From positions 58,244-122,243 of the forward strand of contig CAYZRW010000002.1 in NCBI GenBank assembly GCA_964480955.1: a stretch of DNA of 64,000 nt, read 5' to 3'. This document shows, in pieces, positions 49,267 through 58,764 of the stretch; the stretch's first letter is position 1; the number at the start of each line of letters is the position of its first letter. The position numbers and the translations under genes are program-made. The notes under the pieces are model-generated. The model did no database searches, was not told the origin of the DNA, and worked only from the letters and a program-made list of their open reading frames with translations. The DNA is from an uncultured Candidatus Bathyarchaeia archaeon. GTDB lineage: Archaea; Thermoproteota; Bathyarchaeia; 40CM-2-53-6; RBG-13-38-9.

Positions 49267-49313
49267 TCCAATTGAGCACCCTAATGAATCGATAAGTGTA
49301 GAGGGAGCACCGG

Positions 49314-49805
49314 TTGAACTCTGAAAAGAAGCGTAACATCGATTGGGAGGAAGCTGGCCGCGCAATCTTGGCAGCCCTACTGTTGATCGCAATCGCGTCC
49401 ATAGCTATAGTATGGTCAATCATCCACCCTGAGGGGTCAGCAGGGGCTGTTGCACTAGACATCCAAGTCTCCCGGGCAACGTTGTCGGGGGCACAACAAG
49501 AGGTATTGGTTAAGGCTGTCAACGCGTCTGGGGTGGTTGATTCGACGAGAAATGACACTGTCAGGATCAGCATAGAATCCGAGGAAGCAGTGATCCGATC
49601 CCAGTCAAGCCTGAATCGAGAGTGGTCTAAAGAAGTCACGATCAATCTAGATCAGGGAGTTGGAAGGGTAGAATTGTTCACCCGCAAGTCAGAGTCAATC
49701 ACTCTGACGGCTACTTGGCTAGAGGGCGGGTCGCCCCTCCAATCCCGCACAGTGAGTTTCCATCTGATGCGACTCGGCCCTGAGACTCCAGAACCGCCGC
49801 CGTGA
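49314..49805 (+). CDS. membrane-anchored secreted protein, unknown function
   Basis: N-terminal signal-anchor AILAALLLIAIASIAIVWSII, then a beta-rich domain and a Pro-rich end. Confidence 0.4.
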   Translation: MNSEKKRNIDWEEAGRAILAALLLIAIASIAIVWSIIHPEGSAGAVALDIQVSRATLSGAQQEVLVKAVNASGVVDSTRNDTVRISIESEEAVIRSQSSLNREWSKEVTINLDQGVGRVELFTRKSESITLTATWLEGGSPLQSRTVSFHLMRLGPETPEPPP

Positions 49806-50030
49806 TGAAGAGGTCCAGTGGAACCACAACCAGTCATCCATCATTCTCCTGCGCGCGCTATCCACCTGCTAGTAGGCTAAAATAGGCTTATTGTTTGCTC
49901 AATGAGAAAGAGACGGAGAGATACCGTATCAGGCAATGCACTCGAAACATAAACGAGAAATCATAGACTTTAGTTCATACTGGATTGTCAAGGTATAACA
50001 AGTAAAACTTTAAGTACTTGTAAACCAAAT

Positions 50031-50306
50031 TTGAAAAGTATGACAGATAGAAAAATCGAGGACATCGTGAAGGTCTCTCCCAAAGGTCAAATAGTCATAC
50101 CCAAGGATATTAGAAAAAGGCTAGCGCTCGCTGCTGGAGAAAGGCTTCTAGTCATGAGCAGAGATGAAGAGATCATAATCAAGAAACTGGGGAAGCTCTC
50201 AATAGAGGAAATAGCGGAAAGAACAGAAACGGCTGCAAAGGAGAAGGGACTTGACGCTGATACGCTCATAGACGAGGCAGTCGAATGGGCGAGAAAGTCA
50301 AAGTAG
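50031..50306 (+). CDS. vapB: AbrB/SpoVT-family antitoxin
   Basis: VKVSPKGQIVIPKDIRKRLAL swapped-hairpin motif. Overlaps the downstream PIN gene. Confidence 0.65.
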   Translation: MKSMTDRKIEDIVKVSPKGQIVIPKDIRKRLALAAGERLLVMSRDEEIIIKKLGKLSIEEIAERTETAAKEKGLDADTLIDEAVEWARKSK

Positions 50307-50713
50307 TCCTCGACACAAACATTTGGATAGCCATCTTCATCAAGAGAGTCCTGAGTAAGGAATTCTCGGAACTTCTTAGGAAAGAAAGAATCATCGTATA
50401 TACAACGGAAGAAATTCTGAAAGAGATATCCAGAGTTTTGATGTATCCAAAGATCAGTGAGGTGCTAGAACTTTCCGGAGTGACTCAGAAAGATATACTT
50501 CAAAGGATAATTGAGAATTCAACACTAGTCAGACCCAGAGTCAGACTGAAAGTTATTACAGAGGACCCAGAAGATAATAGGATACTTGACTGTGCTCTAC
50601 AAGCAAATGTACATTTTATCGTCAGCGGAGATAAACATCTTCTTAAACTTAGAAGATTCAGAAACACAAGAATTGCGACGCCAAGAGAATTTCTAGATGT
50701 TTTAAGGAAGTAA
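50285..50713 (+). CDS. vapC: PIN-domain protein (VapC-like)
   Basis: VVLDTNIWIAIF N-terminal Asp motif, conserved acidic residues. Confidence 0.7.
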   Translation: MGEKVKVVLDTNIWIAIFIKRVLSKEFSELLRKERIIVYTTEEILKEISRVLMYPKISEVLELSGVTQKDILQRIIENSTLVRPRVRLKVITEDPEDNRILDCALQANVHFIVSGDKHLLKLRRFRNTRIATPREFLDVLRK

Positions 50714-50748
50714 GTAAATCCCCCAAGGAATTCTTGGGGTGCGAGAAC

Positions 50749-51639
50749 CTATTTTTGGTGTTCACCAACTGCTCTTGGATAGTCTTCTTCCTCAAGTTGA
50801 ATCGTTGTGTGGTCGATTCCAAACTCGTCCTTCAACATATCTATTAGATTCGTGATCAGCTCTCTCCTGTCAGTCCCTCCCTTCACCACAACATGGCCGC
50901 TCATGCAACACATCCTATTCGGGGTGATGCACCACACGTGGAGATCGTGAACATTCCTAACGCCTTCAAATCCAGCTATCCTGCTCTCCACCTTTTCCAG
51001 ATCGATGTGGAATGGAACACCCTCTAGGAGAACGTTCAGGGAGTCACGAACTAGTCTCCCAGAACTGTAGAAGATCAGTACACCTATCATCATACTGATT
51101 AGAGGATCTGCCAGATACCAGCCGGTGAAGAACATTATCAGCCCAGCAGAGATCACTCCCACAGATCCTAGAGTGTCGGCGACCACATGCAGAAAGGCGC
51201 CTTTAACATTCAGGCTCTCATGCCTTGATCTCGAAAGAACGGCCACAGATAGACCGTTGGCCATGAGGCCGAAGACCGCGATGACCAACATACCTAGACT
51301 ATTTACCTCGACTGGTCTCTGAATTCGCTGGAGACCCTCATAAAAGATCAAGACCACAACAGCCCACAGGAAGATTCCGTTCAAGAAGGCTGCAAGAATC
51401 TCTGCACGGTAATAGCCATAAGTCTTCTTCACAGTTACAGGTCGACTCGCAATCCACGAGGCCACTAGCGCGAAGACCAAGGCCAAGACATCGTTCAGCA
51501 TGTGCCAAGCGTCCGTCAGAAGGGCCAGACTGTTTGTAAATATCCCTCCAACCAGTTCGATGATGAAGAAAGAGATTGTTATGCCTAAGGCGATTCCAAG
51601 ATATCTTGTACCGACCGATGAGTCGGAGTCTGCGTCCAC
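50749..51639 (-). CDS. cation diffusion facilitator family transporter (CzcD-like)
   Basis: Six TMs. LLTDAWHMLNDV and HVVADTLGSVGV metal-binding HxxxD motifs. C-terminal cytoplasmic domain. Confidence 0.85.
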   Translation of the reverse strand: MDADSDSSVGTRYLGIALGITISFFIIELVGGIFTNSLALLTDAWHMLNDVLALVFALVASWIASRPVTVKKTYGYYRAEILAAFLNGIFLWAVVVLIFYEGLQRIQRPVEVNSLGMLVIAVFGLMANGLSVAVLSRSRHESLNVKGAFLHVVADTLGSVGVISAGLIMFFTGWYLADPLISMMIGVLIFYSSGRLVRDSLNVLLEGVPFHIDLEKVESRIAGFEGVRNVHDLHVWCITPNRMCCMSGHVVVKGGTDRRELITNLIDMLKDEFGIDHTTIQLEEEDYPRAVGEHQK

Positions 51640-52038
51640 TTGAACATTCCCCGTGGTAGCTGTCTTCTAACCAAGATACTGGGAAATCCCTAATTCAGGT
51701 TGCCACGTTTATAGCAATGACAGTTCTTATTTGGTCTTTGGGGTTGTCCTTCCAAGATAGGGGAGGAGAAAATCCGGTTGAATGTTTCAATCAACTGTCA
51801 GCGCGCGCTGTGGACATATTCCTTCGCGGCACCTCTATGAGGGCTAGGTCTTGGTTCATTCCGATCAGTTTGTTCTTTACCTTCACTTGGCTCTCTGTAT
51901 TCGTCTAGGCAATAGTGGTGATACTACCTACCATGCGTCAGATCTGATAAAACTGGGATGCAAACCGCTGTTCAGTAGTCCTCAGAGAAGCTACCTTGAC
52001 AGTTACCCACAGAAAACGCTGCTACACTTTTCTCATAG

Positions 52039-53418
52039 TTATGAAGTTTGGTTGGCTATGTGGTTCAAAGCGTCTTCTAGGCTTCTGAAGCCGTACTCAA
52101 TGCCGTGAAATCTCTGTACTGACTCTAAGACTTCCTTTCTTGCAGCTTCACGCTTGTGTTCCCTCAGGTCGCCGCTCTTTATGACCTCGCACATGATGTC
52201 GCAGACCTGTTTCACATGGCCTTCTTTGAGCCCCATCCTCGTTACGTACTGGAAGCCTATCCTCAAGCCTGAGGGGTCTTCTCTACTGCCCGGTTTATCG
52301 TATGGGAGAATCTGTTTATTCACTATTATGTTTACGTCCTCAAGCCTCTCTGCAACCTTCTTGCCGCCACCAAATTCTCTTACATCCACGGCGATCTGGT
52401 GAGATTTCGTGAAACCTTGTCTTTTGCCCAGGACCGTCAGTCCCTTGTCATCTAGATACTTGCCTGCTGTCTGGGCGTTTCTCACTATTTGAGAAGCCAT
52501 GGCCTTGCCGAAGATCTTCATCTCTAGGGCCGCGACTCCTAAGGCTGGGAACCTGCCGGGATGAGTGTTGGAGGTTGACAGGGGGAAGATGGCGTGTTGA
52601 ATCTTCTTAGCCGCCTTCTTCATCCTCTCACTCATCTCTCCATCTTCCTTCAGGTTTGCGAAGACGAGTCCACCCTGAGGGCCTGGAAAAGTCTTATGAG
52701 TGGAGGATGTGACGAAGTCGGTTCCTTCCCTTATTGGGTCCTGAAACTCCTCGCCAACTATCAAGCCCAGAACGTGGGCTGCGTCATAAACGACATAGGC
52801 CCCAAGGTCCTTAGCGGCCTTTGCCAGTTTCCTAACCGGACTGGGAAATAGGAATAGGCTTCCGCCGAAGGTTATTATGCCCGGCTTGACCGACTTTATG
52901 ACTTCTTCGGATTTCTCTACATCAATATTCAGCTCTTCTTCATCATGCCTGAGACTCATCACTTCAAGACCTATCACTTCGCCAGCGTTACCCGTATAGT
53001 CGTGGGAAGAGTGGGCTCCAGCTTCGAGTGGAATGCTCAACATCCTCTTGTTCTTGGTGACTTCAGATAGCCCCCAGAACGTGACTTGGTTCGCTTGAAG
53101 CCCAGAGATCGGTCTTACATCGATCCAGTCACACCTCAGAACATCCTTCATCAGGTCAGCCACTGCGTCCTCGATCTTGCTGAGATATTTTTGGCCTTGA
53201 TAGTGCCTGGATACTACGTGGCCTGAGAAATCATTCTCCCCTTCAGAATACCTGCATCTTAGGTCCCTACAGAGACTCAGCATCTGTTCCACAGCGGGTG
53301 AGGGAAATCCCTCGCTGGCGATCAGGTTTAAGCATTCATTTCCTCTATATTTCTCATGTGCTTTGGTCACTTCATATAGGTCTAGGAATTTATCGAAGAA
53401 TTCCTGCATTTTTCTCAT
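52039..53418 (-). CDS. glyA: serine hydroxymethyltransferase, archaeal type
   Basis: NLIASEGFPSPAV, PLP-lysine motif SSTHKTFPGPQGG, about 459 aa. Confidence 0.8.
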   Translation of the reverse strand: MRKMQEFFDKFLDLYEVTKAHEKYRGNECLNLIASEGFPSPAVEQMLSLCRDLRCRYSEGENDFSGHVVSRHYQGQKYLSKIEDAVADLMKDVLRCDWIDVRPISGLQANQVTFWGLSEVTKNKRMLSIPLEAGAHSSHDYTGNAGEVIGLEVMSLRHDEEELNIDVEKSEEVIKSVKPGIITFGGSLFLFPSPVRKLAKAAKDLGAYVVYDAAHVLGLIVGEEFQDPIREGTDFVTSSTHKTFPGPQGGLVFANLKEDGEMSERMKKAAKKIQHAIFPLSTSNTHPGRFPALGVAALEMKIFGKAMASQIVRNAQTAGKYLDDKGLTVLGKRQGFTKSHQIAVDVREFGGGKKVAERLEDVNIIVNKQILPYDKPGSREDPSGLRIGFQYVTRMGLKEGHVKQVCDIMCEVIKSGDLREHKREAARKEVLESVQRFHGIEYGFRSLEDALNHIANQTS

Positions 53419-53444
53419 CTATTCACCCTCTAACATTCAAGTCT

Positions 53445-54587
53445 TCAGGCAATCCTTAACTTGCCAACTTCCTCTCCGCTAATCTTGGATACACTTATGG
53501 TATTATCCAGATTTTCCCCACCATACTTTACCAGGATTGAGTAGTCCTTGCAGTCCGAGTAATATGCTGTTAGGGAGGCTGCAACCCTAACCGCCTCCTG
53601 TGATTCCGGGCCTTGAAGCAGCGTTACTGGGCTACCGTATCCAGGAACCTCAAAGTGGTGTTCGCTCTTCCCCTTCAGATCGAGCAACCGCCTGTTCTCG
53701 TCCTCATTTCTGCCAACCACAATCTTGTTAGGTCCATACCTGAAGTGGCGGCCTACCTTCAGGAGCTCAACATCCCTCATGGTGACCTTCTCCATATTCT
53801 TGAAGAGGTCACGCAGCTTCCTCGCAAAGTTCTTGTCTGTAAGTAGACATCCGCCTGCCGGGCAGGAGTAGCCTGCTATTCCGAGGTTCTCAGCAAGCTC
53901 GATCTGTCTCTTTCGCGATCTGCCGCTGATGTCCAGCAGCTCCTCCCTTTTTACTAGGCCTGTCTTCTCAGCCTCGGTTTTAGGCAGCAACTTCGCTGAG
54001 AGGGGCCTTAGGATCCTGCCTTCAAGACCAGCCTCCCTCTCTACCAATTTAAGGGCTCTGCGGTGTTGAGACATAGGTCTCTCACCCAGAACCTCGCCGG
54101 TGACTATGAGGGAAGCCCCAACTTCTTCAGCGTACAGCTTGGCCTTTCTCAACATGAATATCCTGCAATCGATGCAGGGGTTTAGGCCTCTTCCGTAGCC
54201 GTGTTTGGGTTTTCTCACAACCTCAAGATATTCCTCGTCCTTCATGATTATCTTGAGCTTGATACCCAGAGTCCTTGCCACATCTACGGCTTGACATCCT
54301 CCTTTCCTATTGCACTGGCAGAAGGGTGACGAGAAGAAAACTGCCTCCACATCCACACCCTGCCTAATCGTAAGAGCCACGGCTAGGGCACTATCTAGGC
54401 CGCCGGACAGCAACGCAACCGCTCTCTTATGTCTTGTTAGAGTACGTGCTTCGCTTCCGTCCGATCTGTGCATCATCAATCGCACACAACCTCTGGGTAT
54501 ATTCACGAGAGATCTTACGCTCTCAATTGAAAGATCCCCATACGTACCTAGCCTAGACGACGCTCTATGTAAGTCTTCAGTGAGCAA
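53445..54587 (-). CDS. PP-loop ATP pyrophosphatase, ThiI-like tRNA sulfurtransferase C-terminal-type
   Basis: PP-loop ALLSGGLDSALA. Conserved Cys pairs. 380 aa. Confidence 0.6.
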   Translation of the reverse strand: MLTEDLHRASSRLGTYGDLSIESVRSLVNIPRGCVRLMMHRSDGSEARTLTRHKRAVALLSGGLDSALAVALTIRQGVDVEAVFFSSPFCQCNRKGGCQAVDVARTLGIKLKIIMKDEEYLEVVRKPKHGYGRGLNPCIDCRIFMLRKAKLYAEEVGASLIVTGEVLGERPMSQHRRALKLVEREAGLEGRILRPLSAKLLPKTEAEKTGLVKREELLDISGRSRKRQIELAENLGIAGYSCPAGGCLLTDKNFARKLRDLFKNMEKVTMRDVELLKVGRHFRYGPNKIVVGRNEDENRRLLDLKGKSEHHFEVPGYGSPVTLLQGPESQEAVRVAASLTAYYSDCKDYSILVKYGGENLDNTISVSKISGEEVGKLRIA

Positions 54588-54708
54588 ACCAATTATATTA
54601 AGTCCTATCTCAACGCCTCAGATTGTTCGCAGCCCTTCTGGACTGATAATGTTTGAGTTGGAGGTTTGAGGACTGTCCTCAAGACTGTGGAGTAGGGTCA
54701 AAGAGTCG

Positions 54709-55092
54709 GTGAAGTTCATCCTCTTCTTCATACTTCTCATGAAGGATCTGCTTGCAGACCGCAGAGTTTCCAAACAGTCCAAGGCGGTGGCGACCGTATG
54801 TTTAGCTTACCTTTTGAATCCATTCGATGTTGTTCCAGACTTCATTCCGATCCTCGGCTATTTGGACGACTACATCGTAGCCAGCATTCTTCTTAACGAG
54901 ATACTGAACAGGGTCGACGAGAAGATCCTTCTTGAGCACTGGAGAGGAAGCAAAGGTAACTTAATCTTTGCGAAGAGAGTAGGCGGGTTCTTCTCGCTGA
55001 TAAGTCTCAGCGGGATCAAAAGGAAGATCTTCAGGAAAAACCAGACCGTGAAGCTAGGCCCCCTGCGTTATCCTCTTCTCCAGCCATGTTAG
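54709..55092 (+). CDS. DUF1232 (YkvA-like) membrane protein
   Basis: LLNPFDVVPDFIPILGYLDDYIV signature. Confidence 0.65.
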   Translation: MKFILFFILLMKDLLADRRVSKQSKAVATVCLAYLLNPFDVVPDFIPILGYLDDYIVASILLNEILNRVDEKILLEHWRGSKGNLIFAKRVGGFFSLISLSGIKRKIFRKNQTVKLGPLRYPLLQPC

Positions 55093-55467
55093 CCTGAGTG
55101 TTAGGTAAGTGATGACTGTGACGACTGCGGCGGCCAAGTAGAAGCCTATGCCGATGGCCATCCCGATTGAGGCTGTAACCCAAAGGGACGCGGCGGTCGT
55201 TACTCCAACGACTCTCTCCCGAGTCTGAATGATGGTTCCCGCACCGATGAAACCTATGCCGGCCAAGATGTATGCAGCTATGCGGGAAGGGTCTCCTCCC
55301 GGAAAGGCGTAGAATGACAGGATTGTGAATTGGGTTGACCCCAAAGAGACGAGTATATGTGTTCTGAGCCCGGCTGGCTTGTCCACCCTCTCCCTCTCAA
55401 ACCCAATAATCCCTCCAAGAATGAAGGCTAGAACAACTCTTGCGACCAGTTCAAGTTCTGATAACAT
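55054..55467 (-). CDS. MgtC/SapB-family membrane protein
   Basis: ARVVLAFILGGIIGFERERVDKPAGLRTHILVSLGS signature. Confidence 0.7.
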   Translation of the reverse strand: MLSELELVARVVLAFILGGIIGFERERVDKPAGLRTHILVSLGSTQFTILSFYAFPGGDPSRIAAYILAGIGFIGAGTIIQTRERVVGVTTAASLWVTASIGMAIGIGFYLAAAVVTVITYLTLRLTWLEKRITQGA

Positions 55468-55642
55468 GATTATGAAGAAAATGAATGCAGCATATAACCT
55501 GTTCCACCTTGACAGACTGTAAGATCCACTGCTGCGAGCAGCCCCTTCTACGATTTCTTCACTTGCACTCTAGGCAACCCTACTCTCAGTTCAAGTTACA
55601 AATGTGGAACTTGTCTGATAGAGATGACTGAGCTGAGGTTGA

Positions 55643-56473
55643 CTAGATGAGTATGAAGGCCGCCACTGCGGCCAGGGCACCTACAGCGGTTGCAATAAGG
55701 TTAACCATATTATTGTCTATCATTCTTGATCCTCTGAGGTGCACGGTACTACTGTGACAGTGCTTCTTGTTCTCTGTTACTGAACCGCATACTTTGCATC
55801 TGAACATGCCCTGAACAGACGCTCCTAATACGCTGTCAAACGTACAGCCAACAAACCCGGAGATTACGGCAACCAGTATGGTTGCCTCAAGTCCATAGCC
55901 ACGAAGGTTGGCCATATTTAGGAGCCAAGCTGCGAAGCCTATTACAATGGCTCCGAAGAGAGTGGCCAGCTCACCCATGAGTGAGACTCCTCCTGATGTT
56001 CCGGCCGGAACCTTCCTGCGCAAGCTTGTGATTAGTCGGGGTTCAACCCGACTCAAGAGACCTATCTCAGTAGCCAAGGTATCCGCGGTCGCCGTCGATA
56101 CGGCGCCGATAAACCCTAGGGCAAGAGCTCCCGAAGGCCATAAACCCTCACCAAAAGCGAAGAGCGCTGCAATCCCGCCGTTTGCGGTAATGTTCGGCCA
56201 AGCCCTAGCTCCACCTTTCTCTTGGGCAAACCCGATTCTTCTCTTATGTTCATACTTGTACTTGGTGAACTGGGCTGCGACCGCGTGAAAGATCAAGATG
56301 ACTATGAACCATCTCCACCCTTCAGGCGGCAATACAAATATGAGGAAGCCAATGATGAAGGCGGCAACGGCTCCAGAGACATCAATAAACCTCATCTTCA
56401 ATGAGAGGGCGCCTATGAGAAAGCATGCAAACAGAGCCTCGGTCACTGTTGGGAGATCCACGGTGGCGGCCAC
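55643..56473 (-). CDS. DUF92/TMEM19-family integral membrane protein (VTE6 phytyl-phosphate kinase family) with C-terminal CxxC/CH zinc-ribbon-like insert
   Basis: EKGGARAWPNITANGG, ATADTLATEIG, PRLITSLRRKVPAGTSGGVSLMGELA match DUF92 conserved blocks. CKVCGS...HCH near the C-terminus. Confidence 0.6.
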   Translation of the reverse strand: MAATVDLPTVTEALFACFLIGALSLKMRFIDVSGAVAAFIIGFLIFVLPPEGWRWFIVILIFHAVAAQFTKYKYEHKRRIGFAQEKGGARAWPNITANGGIAALFAFGEGLWPSGALALGFIGAVSTATADTLATEIGLLSRVEPRLITSLRRKVPAGTSGGVSLMGELATLFGAIVIGFAAWLLNMANLRGYGLEATILVAVISGFVGCTFDSVLGASVQGMFRCKVCGSVTENKKHCHSSTVHLRGSRMIDNNMVNLIATAVGALAAVAAFILI

Positions 56474-56612
56474 CTCAGACCAAGTTCACGAGCAATGCCT
56501 TACTTGAATCTTGATGCCCTGATAACGTTTTTGATAATCCAGGAATGGACTTGGCCGAACTCTTCTATAGCCAAGGATTAATCCTTTAAACTATTGAGGA
56601 AATCTTAGTGAT

Positions 56613-57326
56613 ATGGTCTCCACTCTTGATGTCCTGCTGGTGTTACTCATCTATGTGATCGTCCTGCTGATAATCGCTATCTCGGAGTTTGCGAGAGTAA
56701 AGCTCAAACTCAAACCGATAATCACGAGGCACGCCATACATCTTCTTGCAGGAGACAACATGCTCCTGTTACCGTTCTTCTCGGCCCTGTACTACCCTTT
56801 CACAATACCCTTAGGTTTGGCTCTGCTGATGCTCTACTCCTTCCGCCGCCCAAGAAGGGACTTTATGTCAAGAACAATGATAGACGATGAGTATGATAGA
56901 CTCCACGCATATGGGCCCCTATACTACATAATCTCAATTGGTATACTCTTGGTCACGTTATGGGACCTTAGGTATATAGCCATGGCAGCAGTGATGATCA
57001 TGGCTTGGGGAGACGGTTCCGCGTCTCTACTTGGTCCCCGCTTCAAGCACCGTCACGTCTATCCCAACTCCACCAAAAGCGTTGAGGGATCGCTTGTGAT
57101 GATGATCTTCTCCACGCTAGGAGCGTTCTTGGCCATGATCATTTCTCTCCAGACCGGCATCATATCTACATCAATGATCAATTTGATGATCGTCTCACTG
57201 ACAGGAGCTGTGGTCGGAACCCTTGTGGAAGCCTGCACAACCGGACCCCTGCGGCCTTTCGACAACTTCACAGTACCACTGTCCGCAGCGGCGGCTATGT
57301 ACCTAGTATCGCTGGGCCTAACATAG
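56613..57326 (+). CDS. CdsA-like polyprenol kinase family protein (dolichol kinase / phytol kinase VTE5-like)
   Basis: About 7 TM, with the AWGDGSASLLG motif near TM5-6 typical of the CTP-dependent polyprenol kinase family. Confidence 0.5.
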   Translation: MVSTLDVLLVLLIYVIVLLIIAISEFARVKLKLKPIITRHAIHLLAGDNMLLLPFFSALYYPFTIPLGLALLMLYSFRRPRRDFMSRTMIDDEYDRLHAYGPLYYIISIGILLVTLWDLRYIAMAAVMIMAWGDGSASLLGPRFKHRHVYPNSTKSVEGSLVMMIFSTLGAFLAMIISLQTGIISTSMINLMIVSLTGAVVGTLVEACTTGPLRPFDNFTVPLSAAAAMYLVSLGLT

Positions 57327-57348
57327 GGTCGATTGAGAGCGCGAAGCC

Positions 57349-58764
57349 TTAATCTTGATGTTTCCTGGCTTCGCTCTTAAGTCTGGGCTTGAGCAAAAGA
57401 TATGCCACGCCAACCCCTATCAAGATGCATGTCGCCGGTATGGCTACACCGTAGAGTAGCCACTGGATCTCCGGTGAAATTGCCGGAGGATTGGGTGGGG
57501 TGGCTGTCTCCTCTGTTACGGCAGCCCAGGTTCTGTCCTCCACTTCGAGTCTTTCTCCATCCCACCATGAACTGACTCGGATCGTGTAGAGTCCTGGTTG
57601 CTCTGGCTTCCACATAACTTCTTGATTGAGATCGCTGTCCTTCATCCACCGCCAAGATTGGATTGGACTACCACTTGAGTCGAATACCTCCAGCTGAATG
57701 TGGTGGGAGTGAAGGACTTCAACCTCGAAGCAACCCGGTAACAAGTGGGTGAAGTCAACAGTCAGTCTCACTATTTCTCCTAGATCATATTGAGCCTTGT
57801 CAGCGCTGACTCTTATTGAGCGGCATGGTGAAGGATGTGTCTGGATCTCCAGATCGAAGTCCAAGTCACTTAGATCGCCTTCATACTTGACGGCGGTAAA
57901 CCATGCTGCTGGAGATGTGGATGGAGTGTCAGTCAACGGTCTTGGACCAAAGAGGGTGGATATCCCTTTATCTATCGCAGCCAAATCGTCGTTTGAGAGT
58001 TGGAATCGAATTGTTTTGTTGCTTGGGAGGTAGCTGGCTAGCCGCATCTTGGACGGGATAGCGTCCTCACCTATAGGCTCAGGGGTTACTAGATAGAGGA
58101 TTATCTCGGTATGTCCCTTCGCTGTGGCTGAGACCTCCAATGGGTAATAGAGGCTTGAACTCTGGAACTCGTAGATTATCGGCTCGATACTCCTCGGTGA
58201 AGAATAGAGGTCGATAAGGTCGAAGACCCAGAAACCGTATCCTCTTTCAAGATAGTCCTCAACGATCTTCTCCGTATCTTTCCCGATCTTCGACGTTGCC
58301 TCTTTTAGTCCGGAACTCTTCAGGTATTCAAAGATGTATCTTTCAAGCTCCTCCAGAGATGAAGCTTCCACAACGGTTACGTCGTGAGCGCCAATCTTCT
58401 CGTGAGAGACAACCCTTAGACCCTCAAATGCCCTTGATGGCTCTGTACCTTTGGGAACATTCTTCATCATGATCCGCTGGATGGAGTCGAAGGACTCGAA
58501 GCTACCAATCTCCACCTTCGGTTTGGATGGGAGCGGAAGAACCTCCAATACCTTGGCCTCATCACTTGTATAGAGGTCTGTTGAGAGTATCAGGTGTTCA
58601 ACCTCACCGTTCCATGCGACTATCGCCTTCTGGCCAGGACCGTAAACATCAACATCGACTATTGGGATTATGCAGCGGTCCCCCTGGACCGAAGATAGAA
58701 GAGAGGGTGTTGAGAGGAGAGCTAAGGCAAGCAGGGCAAAAAACTGTCTGAGGAGGCTACTCAT
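57349..58764 (-). CDS. large secreted protein with C-terminal TM anchor, unknown function (possibly DUF2330-like)
   Basis: Signal peptide. Cys at the mature N-terminus followed by KAIVAWNGEVEHLILSTDL. C-terminal TM plus basic tail. 4-nt overlap with the upstream DUF4349 gene. Confidence 0.45.
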   Translation of the reverse strand: MSSLLRQFFALLALALLSTPSLLSSVQGDRCIIPIVDVDVYGPGQKAIVAWNGEVEHLILSTDLYTSDEAKVLEVLPLPSKPKVEIGSFESFDSIQRIMMKNVPKGTEPSRAFEGLRVVSHEKIGAHDVTVVEASSLEELERYIFEYLKSSGLKEATSKIGKDTEKIVEDYLERGYGFWVFDLIDLYSSPRSIEPIIYEFQSSSLYYPLEVSATAKGHTEIILYLVTPEPIGEDAIPSKMRLASYLPSNKTIRFQLSNDDLAAIDKGISTLFGPRPLTDTPSTSPAAWFTAVKYEGDLSDLDFDLEIQTHPSPCRSIRVSADKAQYDLGEIVRLTVDFTHLLPGCFEVEVLHSHHIQLEVFDSSGSPIQSWRWMKDSDLNQEVMWKPEQPGLYTIRVSSWWDGERLEVEDRTWAAVTEETATPPNPPAISPEIQWLLYGVAIPATCILIGVGVAYLLLKPRLKSEARKHQD

